Under the pieces are notes generated by a model that had not been told where the DNA came from, ran no database searches, and saw only the letters and a program-made list of their open reading frames with translations. Of a stretch of 35,229 bases of DNA, positions 1-11,300 are shown in pieces. Position numbers and translations under genes: made by a program. The stretch is from Reclinomonas americana ATCC 50394 (Eukaryota), in assembly GCA_048213135.1 (NCBI GenBank), contig PS015053.1, positions 100,526-135,754 on the forward strand, given 5' to 3'. The stretch's first letter is position 1. Every line of letters begins with the position of its first letter.

Positions 1-728
1 AAAGGGAAAGGGGAGATGGGGGAGGGGAATGGGAAGGGGGAGGGGGAGGGCGAAGGGGAGGGAGGGGAAGGAAGAGGAGGGAAGGGGGAGGGGAATAGGA
101 GAGGGAAAGGGAAACTGAGGAGAACGGTGGAGGGAAGGATGGAGAGGAGGAGGTAAGGGGGAGGGAAAGGGGAATGGAAGGGGGAGGAAGAGTGGAAGAA
201 TATGCTCTCTCGTTCGCCCTCCGCGCATCTCTTCCCATTTTCACTCCCCCTTTTCCTCTCCTTTCCCTCCCCTTTCCCTCGCCTAGTCCCCTCCCCCTTC
301 CACCCTCCCCACCCCTCTCCTCTCGAATGAGAGTGGGCAGCAAATCCACCTCTCTCTGTCTCTCTTCCTGCCCCTCTTGTGCTGACGAAATGAGGCGCAT
401 ATCTTTTTTTCTTTTGCTTGCTTTCCATTATCTTCGAGAGAAAGAAGAGTGAGAGCTCGTCTATTTTCCTCCTGTTTTCTTGTACTTATTCTCTCCCTCT
501 CTCGAATTCCTGGTAGAAAGAAGCGCGTGGTTCTTCCCTCATCATTGTCCTTCATTCTTCTCCAGAAAAAGTCGACAGATCCTTCTTTCTCTCTCACCAG
601 AAAACACAGCAAGCCTGATCTCCTTTCTTTCTTCCCCTCTCGAGAGACAATATGCATGGTTCATCGTCTTCCTCCTCTCGTCCTCTTACCTCTCCCTCCC
701 CTCCCTTCTCCCTTCCCCTCCTTCTCAC

Positions 729-1432
729 CTTCGTATCCATTCCACACCCCAGAACGCATACATCCACGGCCTTGGCGCCGGAACTCTCCTGCATTGACGC
801 CCAACCCATATGAGCACCCTCCTTCCTCCTTTCCCCCTTCCCCCTTACTCCCCACCCCCTCACCAACGCCCTGTGCACCGCCTCCAAACACCAATCGTCC
901 ATGACGCGATGGCGCAACGGCAGCCCGCGCGCAAACGCATCGCCCACCGTGCGCACTTTCTCCGCCGACGGCCGGAACCCGGCAACACCGCGGCGCTGCA
1001 GCTCCGTCACCCACAGCTCTTGGAAGAAGAGGGTCTTGTCGCGGCCGTCTGCGGAGAGGGGGATGGAGTGAGCCAAGAGCGATGAGATGCGTGTCTGTTG
1101 TGCGACTTGCCTTTGTTGACAAACACCGCGGAGAGCGGGTCGTTCAGCACGCGGTCGTTGGCGGGGCGAGCGGCTTCCACTGCGCAAGAGAGGCATGGAG
1201 GGGGAGAGGGGGGAGAGAGGCAGAGAGAGGCAAGGAGAGAAGCAGGTACGGATAGAGGCGGGTGCGGAAAGGTACAAATAGAGAGAGAGAGAGTGAGAGA
1301 GCGAGAGAGACAGAGAGAGAGAAAGAGAGACAAAACAACGAGAATCCCAGAATCTTTGAATCAGCGAACCGTTTCATGACAAAACTTCAATGCACGACTC
1401 ACAANNNNNNNNNNNNNNNNNNNNCTCTCCTC

Positions 1433-1526
<94 letters not shown>

Positions 1527-1676
1527 AGTGGTGGCGACGGGAAGCAGCGGAATCGAGGGCGGCGGTGTGTCATTGGCATTGACTGACACTAGCAGCTGCG
1601 AGAGTGAACGCGAATGTTGCTGCTGCTTGCGCGGAACAGCAAGCAGAGTGCGAGTGGTGCGCGAGAGGAGAAGCAT
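729..1676 (-). CDS. SAM-dependent methyltransferase, LCM/leucine-carboxyl-methyltransferase-like family; 3' end not located
   Basis: Exons 1676-1526, a hidden exon in the gap ending at 1403 (donor GTGAGT at 1402), 1179-1111, 1048-864 and 788-729. Spliced peptide reads PVATT...EAARPANDRVLNDPLSAVFV...LRHRVMDDWCL...VDVCVLGCGMDTK. This matches the family pattern RAxE..DP.A..f / R..fDd.l / vViLGaGlDTR. The N-terminus MLLLSRTTRTLLAVPRK is R/S/L-rich with no acidic residues. Confidence 0.8.
1445..1525. repeat. (CA)n microsatellite preceded by (CT)n, in intron 1 of the methyltransferase
   Basis: Perfect dinucleotide run read directly; (CA)n starts about 1451. Confidence 0.95.
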
Positions 1677-1780
1677 TGGTGGCCTCTCTCTCTCCCTTCG
1701 TGTGAGTGTTGGATAGGCGGACACGCGCGTTTTCGATATCCGTTTCGGGATTTATGGATTGCAGCGTAATAACAAGTGGC

Positions 1781-2265
1781 AACCCTCGGCCCTCAACCCT
1801 CGATCATCAACCCTTGACCCTCAGCCTGCAACCCTCCACCTTCAACCCACGACCCTCAACCCTCACTATTCGACCCTCAACCCTCGACCCTCAACCCTCA
1901 CTATTCGACCATGAACCCTCAACCCTCAACCCTTCACCCTCAACCTTCGACCCTCAATCCTCGTCCCTCGTCCCTCGACCATGAACCCTCGTCCCTCAAC
2001 CCTCGACCCTTAACCCTCAACCCTCGTCCCTCAACCCTCCAGCAGCAACCCTCACTATTCGACCCTCCACCCTTAACCCTCAACCCTCAACCCGCAACCC
2101 TCAACCCTCTACCCGCAACCCTTGTCCATCAACCCTAAACCCGCAACCCTCCAGCAGCTCCACCCTTAACCCTCAACCCTCGACCCTCAACCCTTGTCCA
2201 TCAACCCGCGTCCCTCAACCCTTCCCCCACTACCCCATTACCCTCCACCCTCCACCCTCAACCCT
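1781..2265. repeat. Degenerate heptamer satellite (AACCCTC/GACCCTC)n, telomere-like (TTGAGGG on the - strand)
   Basis: Dozens of imperfect ACCCTCA/ACCCTCG units, with CTTAACCCT and one CCCTAAA variant. It lies between the Vps41 stop and the methyltransferase ATG. Confidence 0.85.
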
Positions 2266-2315
2266 TTCCCCATTACCCCCTTCCCCTCTCGCGGAATGCA
2301 ACACAAACCGCTTCA

Positions 2316-5300
2316 CTACGGCGATAATGGCGATGGCGACGGCGATGCCGCAGTACGCGGAGACACCATAAACTGCGACGGTGGCTGGCTGCTCAACGTG
2401 GATGGAGCGCGCCCTCGTCGTTGATGTTTCGAGCTGTCGATCTCCCGGCAGTATGCCTCCAGGCCGAGTTGAGCGCACCGCTCGCGAACTGCGCGTCAGG
2501 GGAGGGATAGGTGAGAAGGAGAGGGGACAGCGGAGCGACAAAGTAAGTATGCTGACCTGGTTGAGCATCAAAGTACACGCTGGTGCGCAGCACCGACTCG
2601 AAGACCTCAATCAGCTGCTTCTCGACGGCCAGCGGGAATACTGCGTATGCGCGGAAATATGAGAGGTAGATGAGAAGTGGCGGGAAGTGATCGAGGGCGG
2701 GAAAGGGAAGAAAGTGACGCTCACTCTAATACACACACGCATATACTCAGAAAAAAGAGAGAGGTGGACAGCAAGGTACGAGTTGATATGATAGCGAAAT
2801 CGAATGAGGAAGAACGTCTTTCCCTTCTCCTCCTCCTCTGCATTTTTTCGTTGCAGAGAAAGCGCACAAGAGATGAAGTGGAACAAAGGATCTCACTCTC
2901 GAACTCAATCACGCTCACCGTCTCTTTTTCCACCCTTCGCTTCCTCAAGCACTCGCTCACTGACTGACTGACTCACCCTCTTCTCACTCTCCTCAATCTA
3001 AATCGTACCCCATTCCACCTGCTTCCTCAAGCACTCAAGTACTCTCTCACTTCCTCACTCACTCTCCCTTCAATTCTCTGGCGCACACATTCCATCGTTC
3101 CCTCCACTTTCATGTCTCACCACCACTGGACTCGCTGACTCCTCCACCCTCCACTTTTCAACCTCCACTCTCAGCACACACAAACTCACTGCACCACCTT
3201 CCTTNNNNNNNNNNNNNNNNNNNNNNNNNNNNNNNNNNNNNNNNNNNNNNNNNNNNNNNNNNNNNNNNNNNNNNNNNNNNNNNNNNNNNNNNNNNNNNNN
3301 NNNNNNNNNNNNNNNNNNNNNNNNNNNNNNNNNNNNNNNNNNNNNNNNNNNNNNNNNNNNNNNNNNNNNNNNNNNNNNNNNNNNNNNNNNNNNNNNNNNN
3401 NNNNNNNNNNNNNNNNNNNNNNNNNNNNNNNNNNNNNNNNNNNNNNNNNNNNNNNNNNNNNNNNNNNNNNNNNNNNNNNNNNAGACGAGAGACGCGAGAG
3501 AGAGAGAGAGAGAGATGAAACACTCACGGAGAGAAGAGAGGAGAGCTATCCAGTGTATTCCATGGGTGTATAAACTGTGTGAGTTGTGTACTTTCATGCA
3601 CATGATCACGACGAGTAATCGAACCTGACACCTGCAATCGTTTTGGCCGACACACACACACACACTCTCTCTCTCACACACACACACACACACTCACTAC
3701 TCCACATTCCTCACTCGCCCTCACACTCACACACACATCTTTGGCTCGCGTCTAACTCTTATCACTCGCACCCACCTTCCTTCACTCACTCACTGCCTAT
3801 CTCAAAACTTTGCTTGCAGCACCCTGCACGGACTAAATTACTTACTAACACACTCAATCTCTAACTCCCTCACTCCCCCTTCACCCCGTTCCCCCTTCCC
3901 CCTCGTCCCCTTTCCCCTTTCCCCTTACGCACATGGCGGCTCCTCCTCCTCCGCCTCAAACGCCGGCGTCGACGGCACCGCCGGCGGCGGCGACGACAAC
4001 GACGACGGACTGTCGGTCACATCCGTAAACCTCGACGACGACGACGACACCCCCTGCTGCTGCGGCGGCGACTCTACGCCCACCGGCGACGGACTCGCCG
4101 TGGACGGCGAGCGGTCGCGCATCGCCGGCGACAGCGACATGGAGGAGGGCGAGGCCGCGCCCATCATCATGTCGCTGAACTGCCGCTGTCGCGCGGTGCG
4201 CCGGTACGCCGGCGCCACCACCTTTTCCAGCAGCCACGCAATGAGATCGGCGTGGTAGCGCGAGGAGCGCTGCGGGTCGGTGCGGGTGACGCGGGCGAGG
4301 AAGAGGAACTTGAGTTCCTCGTCGGGCGCCAGCAGCTCCACCATGTGGTACATGTCGAGGGTGCACTGCGAGAATTCTTGCAGGGCGCGCACTGGATTCA
4401 ACTCCACGAGCTGCAATAGGGGGAAAGCGGAGAAGGGAATGGGTAAGGAATGGGGAAGGGGGAATAGGAGAAGAGGGCGAAGGGTGAAGGGATGAGAGGG
4501 AATAAGAGATGGGAATGGGATGGGCATCAAAAGGGGCAAGACAAGAGAGACAGCGAATTTTCAAATAGTTGAAGAAAGACAGCTTGATACTGAGAGAATG
4601 ATATGGCAAGAGAGCGAGAGAGAGAGAGAGACAGAGACAGAGACACAGAAACGCTCAAATGTAACAGACGAGAGAACACCGCAGATGGGACAAAACGTGT
4701 ATGAGAAACAGAGAGAAAGAGGGAGGGAGAGAGAAGAGGAGACAGACAGAGACAACGAGACAAAGACAGGGACAGAGAGACAGAGAGATACAGAGCGTCA
4801 AAGAGAGAGATACAAAGACAGAGTCAGAGACAAGAGAGATAGATAGAGAGAAAGATAACGTGGCGGAGACAACAGAGACAGAGTCAGAGACAAGAGAGAT
4901 AGATAGAGAGAAAGATAACGTGGCGGAGACAGAAACAGAGACAGAGAGCGAGACAGAGACAACGAAAGTGAGACAGAGAAAAGAGCGTAAGTTACGGAGG
5001 AGAGATACAACGGCGAGCAAGCAAGGATACTCACACAACGTAGAGAGAGAGAGAGTGTGTGTGTGTGTGTGTTGAGCTTTACAAAACAGAGCGAGTGACC
5101 GGAGACAGACACTTGTGCAACACCGCATGCAACAGAAGGAAACGAATGAGGAAAGGACGAAATGAGCACACGGATGGTGCAGCAGACAAGAACAGAGCAC
5201 GCGAGTGCGACTGCAACAGAGTGAGACAAGAGGTAAACGCGCTCTCTCACTCTCTTTCTCTCGCGACGAGAAAGGCGGGTGGGATGTCGCCGAGAAACAC

Positions 5301-8300
5301 AAGCAGCGAGACGGAGAACAAAATCACAGTGAGCATAAAAGAGGACAGTGACGCCACTGAGAAAAAAGACATAATACAGCGCGGGCCGACATGACAAAAC
5401 AAACACAATCAAAAGTAAAGCAAGAATGAGAATAACAGGCACTGAAACACGAGAAGATAAATACGGACGAAACTCTCAGACAATAGAGAAAAAGGACTAT
5501 GAACTGGGTCGACATCAAACTCACGTCCAGCATCTTCTCCATATCTTTCCCTTCTCTCTCCCTTCCCCTCCCTCACCCTGAACACCAAATCCGCCTTGAA
5601 CCGCTGCTGCAACTGATCATTGGCCCCCTCCGCCTCCTCCGCCTCCGAACCCATACTCGACGACGAAATGGCCGGCCGCATACCCCCCGGTCCCACCCGC
5701 GGAGCCAGGTGCATGCTGGGTGCGGCATTGGCCGCTCGAGCCGCCGCCGTGGGGTCGCCACCGGGGTCCTCCTTGAGCGCGAATTTGACGGCGTGCTCGC
5801 GAAAGTAGTCAAAGGCGCGCTCGTCGCGCAGGTCCAGCAGGACTTCCAGGGCCTCGAGGTACTGCGATGGGGAAAGGAGGAGAGGGGAGAAGGGATGAGG
5901 GGGAAAGGGAGAGGTGATGAGGGAAGAGAGCAGTAGGAAGAAGGGATGACGGAGTTGCGCTCAAACACGGCGACAGACTCCGTCAAGAAGCGACCTGGAT
6001 ACCAGCGGAGAGCGGATGGAACAGGGGATGCAACAGAAGGACAGCAAACAAAATGACAACAGAGATGAGTGGGAAGAGAGAGCGAGTGAATGCTGGCATG
6101 AGAAGGGCACCAATTGAGGGCAACTGAGAACAGAGTAAAAAGAGGTCAAAGAAAAAACAAATTTGCTAGCTGTCAGTCTCATATTCTCGCATTCTCTCTC
6201 CTTGCGTCTCTCTCTTCCTCTCATCTCAAAGCTTCTCTCATTCTCTCGTCCTCACATGTTGCAGTCTTTCTTCCCTTTTCTCTCCACTCACTGCTCCGCT
6301 TATTCTCCGCATTTAATCATCTCGCTGACTCGTTCTCTCATTCCTTGCATCTCACCATCATCAAACTGTCTCTCACTCGCATTCTCTCATCTCGACACTC
6401 CTCTCATTACTCACATCCTCACATTGCAGTATTTCGTTCTTCCTTGTTCTCTCCACTCTGAGTCCCTCTTATTTTCCCTCATTTCCTCATCTCGCTTTCT
6501 CTCTCTCCCATCCTCTTTCATTGTCTCACATCTTCTCTCACCACCTCCTATCTCTCAGTTCTCCTCAACTCGTTGTCTCTCTCGTTCTCTCTCCTCCTCT
6601 CATGCCCTCCCATTTCGCAGTCTCTCATCTTGTCTCTCTGATTCTCAGCTCTCTCGCTGCCTCTCCCACCCTCGCACCTCGCTGTCTCTCTCATTCTCCT
6701 TTTCCCAATTCTCTCTCCCCCTCCCCCTCTCCCTTTCCCAATTCTCTCTCCCTTCTCCCTTCCCAAAATGCACCTTGTGACTGTAATCCAACAATCTATG
6801 CAACGCCCGCAGCAAATCCACAATCTGCCGCACTTGCTCCGTCGTCGGCACCGGCAACCCGAGCTGCGCCAGCGACTCGGCCGACAAGCTCCCCAGATTC
6901 TGTGCCGCCGACGGCGTGCGCGGGAGTCGCGGCGCAAGTGGTGTGCGCGCCGGTCCACCGCCGAGAGGTGACGCCACGGCGCGGCGAGTGACCGACGGTG
7001 TCATGTTGGCCTCGCGCAGCACTTCGTAGATGCCGGAGCGGGCGCTGTGTGGAGTTGAGTGAGAGAGAGAGGATGTAAAAGGAGAGGAGAGAGATGACTG
7101 GACGCACGGTGTGGCCACGACAATGCGCGGCGAGAAACTGGACATGTTGAGGCCGCGCGTGACCTCCAGGAGCTCCTCGCGCACACGCTTGGCGAGTTGT
7201 CCTGCGACGTCGAGCAAATCAGCATCACCACTCTCTGTACAAAAAAGGGAGAGACGCAACTGGTGGAGTAATAAATGGGCCAGCGGGTGACGCAGCCGAG
7301 AAAGGTGCGGTAGTCCTTGCGCTTCAAAAACGTCTCCAGGACGCGAAAGTACACGTCGCCTTTGAGAAGCGAGCGGCTGTTGAAGGGGAGGTATTCCTCT
7401 AGAAGCGGGAGTTGGTCGCACTGCGCAAAAGAGGGAAGGGAGAGGGAGGAGAGAGATTGAGAAAGTAAGAAGAAGAAGAAGAACAAGAAGAACAAGAAGA
7501 AGAAGAAGAAGAACAAGAAGAAGAAGAAGAAGAAGAAGAAGAAGAAGAAGAGGAGGAGGAGGGGAAGACCAAGAACAAGATGAAAAGGGAGAAGAAGAAG
7601 AAGAGGAAGAAGAACAAGAACAAGAACAAGAAGAATAAGTTGAAGAAGAATAAGGAGAAGAAGAGGAAGAAGAGCAAGAACAAGAACAAGNNNNNNNNNN
7701 NNNNNNNNNNNNNNNNNNNNNNNNNNNNNNNNNNNNNNNNNNNNNNNNNNNNNNNNNNNNNNNNNNNNNNNNNNNNNNNNNNNNNNNNNNNNNNNNNNNN
7801 NNNNNNNNNNNNNNNNNNNNNNNNNNNNNNNNNNNNNNNNNNNNNNNNNNNNNNNNNNNNNNNNNNNNNNNNNNNNNNNNNNNNNNNNNNNNNNNNNNNN
7901 NNNNNNNNNNNNNNNNNNNNNNNNNNNNNNNNNNNNNNNNNNNNNNNNNNNNNNNNNNNNNNNNNNNNNNNNNNNNNNNNNNNNNNNNNNNNNNNNNNNN
8001 NNNNNNNNNNNNNNNNNNNNNNNNNNNNNNNNNNNNNNNNNNNNNNNNNNNNNNNNNNNNNNNNNNNNNNNNNNNNNNNNNNNNNNNNNNNNNNNNNNNN
8101 NNNNNNNNNNNNNNNNNNNNNNNNNNNNNNNNNNNNNNNNNNNNNNNNNNNNNNNNNNNNNNNNNNNNNNNNNNNNNNNNNNNNNNNNNNNNNNNNNNNN
8201 NNNNNNNNNNNNNNNNNNNNNNNNNNNNNNNNNNNNNNNNNNNNNNNNNNNNNNNNNNNNNNNNNNNNNNNNNNNNNNNNNNNNNNNNNNNNNNNNNNNN

Positions 8301-11300
8301 NNNNNNNNNNNNNNNNNNNNNNNNNNNNNNNNNNNNNNNNNNNNNNNNNNNNNNNNNNNNNNNNNNNNNNNNNNNNNNNNNNNNNNNNNNNNNNNNNNNN
8401 NNNNNNNNNNNNNNNNNNNNNNNNNNNNNNNNNNNNNNNNNNNNNNNNNNNGGAGAGGAAGAAGAAGAAGAAGAAGAAGAAGGAGGGGAAGAAGAAGAGG
8501 AAGAAGAAGGAGGAGGAGAAGAAGAAGAAGAAGAACGAGAACAAGAAAAAGAAGAAGGAGGAGGAGAAGGAAGAAGAAGAACAAGCAGAGTAGCAGAGGA
8601 AGAAGAAGAACAAGAATAAGAAGAAGAAGAAGAAGAAGAAGAAGGCGAAGACGAAGAAGAGGAGGAGAGAGAGACTGCATTGTTGAGATAACGAGAGGAA
8701 TGTGTTGCTGCCTACTGTAAGAGAGATTGACAATGTGAGAAGCGCGGGAAGCTGGTCACATGTGCGAGACAGAAGGAACAAGGAGAAAAACAGAGCGCCT
8801 AGTCACCATTCTTGTTTCTGTGCTCATTCTTTCTGTACTCTGTTTCCTCTCTCAGTGAAGCTGTTGATCCACAGAGCGTTTCTTCTTCTTCTTCTTCTTA
8901 AAAAAGCGAGTTGAAGCACATTTAGATCGACATAGACTCTCTTTTTCTCCAAGGAAGGCATCAAGCCATCCTCAGTTTGAATCAATGCAAACTCTATTGC
9001 TTATCCGTCCCACACTAAGCCCACGCTCATTAATTCAATCTCTTATCCTCTTGTCCTTCATCGTGTTGTCTCACATGGACAAGGCAAGACGCACACCATT
9101 CTCCTCTCTCCTTCCCACCCTTTCCCTCATCTCCCACGCACTCATAAGTTCATTCTCTTCCTCTCGTCCTTCTTCTTGCTGTCTCTCACGAACAAGCAGC
9201 ATGCAAACCACTCTCGTCCTCCTTCCCACTCTTTCCCTATTCTGCCTTCCCAATCCTTTCTCGTCGCGCCCACCCTTTCCCATCTCTCCCACCCTTTCCA
9301 CATCCCCACCCTTTCCCTTCTCCCCCCCTTTTCACGAAACTTCCGCTAATCTCTCCGCAAACACCGCCCAGTAATCGCGCGTGGCACGCGGCAGAATAAA
9401 CTCGCTGTACACCGTAATGGCCGTGCGGAACTGCTTGCGCTCCCTCCACAAGTGCGCGGCGTAGTAGTCGGCGATCTCGACCACAGATTTCACTCTATAT
9501 GCAAGTGAGTCACGAGTCACCTTTCCTTTTTTTGTCCATCAACCGCGCAACTGATTCGCTGTCTTGGCCGCCTGCGTGGCGTCCGTAAATCTCCCCTCCA
9601 TGACAAACGAGAGCACCCTGTGATCCCATCCCCCGTGTCAATGCCAGTGAGAGCCTCTCAGAATGCAGTCTGCGATGACGCACCTCTCGGCCGTGTTCAG
9701 TGGTCTCAGCAGGTACACCTCCGAGTCGAGCACGAAATACACCACCGGCACGTCGCGCGTGTTGGTGGAGGTCGAGTGGCGCCCTGAGTAACCGGGTCGA
9801 CTGATGGAGCCGAAGGAGCCGAGTGGTTGCATGCCGTCGAGGAGGGGGGACTCCTGAGAGGAGGGTGAGACGCCAAAGGGGGAAGGGGAGAAAGGAAAAA
9901 GCAAAGGAGGAAGAAAAGGGGAGAAGAAAAGGGTGGAAGAAAGGGAGGCTCTCCTCTTTTCCTATTGCCTCCTTTCTCCTTACTTATTCCCTCCCCCACC
10001 CATCCCTCTCTCGCAACTTCCATTATTGTCGACGCATGCATATCAAACGTCGTGAATGTGCCGAAAAATCTGCAGCACCTTCAGTCGCCCGCACACCCCC
10101 TTCACTCCTTCCATGCCCACTCACCTCCTCGCCGTTGAGTGCGGGAACGGCAGCACTTGCTGAAACTCAAAATCGGGCGCCGCCGAGTACAGCGACACCA
10201 CGGGAATGGAGTGCTGGCGCGTGTCGGAGGCGCGCAGCTCGAGCGGGACAAAGAACTGCACGAGCTGGCTTGTGGCCGGCACCTCCTCGGTGACCACCAC
10301 GACCTTGTCGTCGATCTCGGCCACGGCGACGACGGGGGCGGTGTGGTCGAGGACGCTGTTGATTTGGATGGCGGCACTGCGGGGAAAAGGGAAATAGACG
10401 AAGGGTAAAGGGAAGTGAGATTGCATGGAAGGGAGAGGGGCGAAAATGGATTGCGTGTGAAATAACCATCAAATGGGACAGAAAGACACCGCAAATGGGG
10501 ACAGGAGTCCAGACAGAGATGGGCTCCAGCCACAGCACACGAAGCACGCAAAACGAAAGAGCACACCAGCAGGAAGGAGAGGGCACATGTGAGAGGACAG
10601 AGTAAGAAGGTGTGGTAGAATAAGAAAGAGATTCCGCGTGTCTGTGAGCGAGAGAGTGACGGGCCGGAATGAGAACCTCTCTCTCTCTCACGCACACACT
10701 CTCCCTCCCTCTCTCTCCCCCTCCCTCTCTCTCCCTCTATCCCTCCCTTCATCCTTTCCCATACACGCAACGAATCCTGCATCAATTTCCTCCCGTCAAT
10801 GACGAACAGACTGCACCCGCTCGTCACATAGATGCTGGCGTTGCCGAGGAAGAAGTTGACGGCTGCCACAGAGAGATGAGTCATCGTAGCCAACAAATAC
10901 CTCCACATCCGACGCAACGAATATCGGGTCGATCGTAAAAGCGCACGAGAATCTGCTGCCGTCGGAGGCTGTACACCACGACCTCCTCGTTGTTGGTCAG
11001 CACGAAACGGTCGCTGCGATCACAACAAGAGTCAGTTTCTCCTCCCGATGCACTCTTTGTTTGACGGCGCGCAACTTCAAGTGCACGATTTTGGTCACGG
11101 GAAGGTGCGGATTCTGCAGCTTCACCACCACCGACGCGCTGTGGCCGATGATCAGGCGGATGCCGCGCTTCACCACGCGACCGGCCACGCCGCAGTACAC
11201 CACGCCCACATTCTCGCCGAGGGGTTCCGTGACGCAGAGGCTGTGGACTGTGTGGATGGTGAGGGCAGGGAGGAGGAGGAAGGAGAGCGAAAGGGAGAGC

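Noticed and set aside
2230-2610. ORF with a TM-like segment (VYGVSAYCGIAVAIAIIAVV)
   Set aside because: It is an alternative frame of the last Vps41 exon; splice phase selects the VRERCAQLGLEAYC frame.
7235-7260. Apparent 26-nt mini-intron in Vps41
   Set aside because: The acceptor at 7202 gives a typical 59-nt intron with a CTGAT branch-like site, and the peptide YYSTRQLAKRVREEL fits Vps41 better.
7001-8781. Long ORFs rich in L/F/S/K/E/R or X, here and across the window
   Set aside because: They are translations of microsatellites and N gaps, with no domain content.
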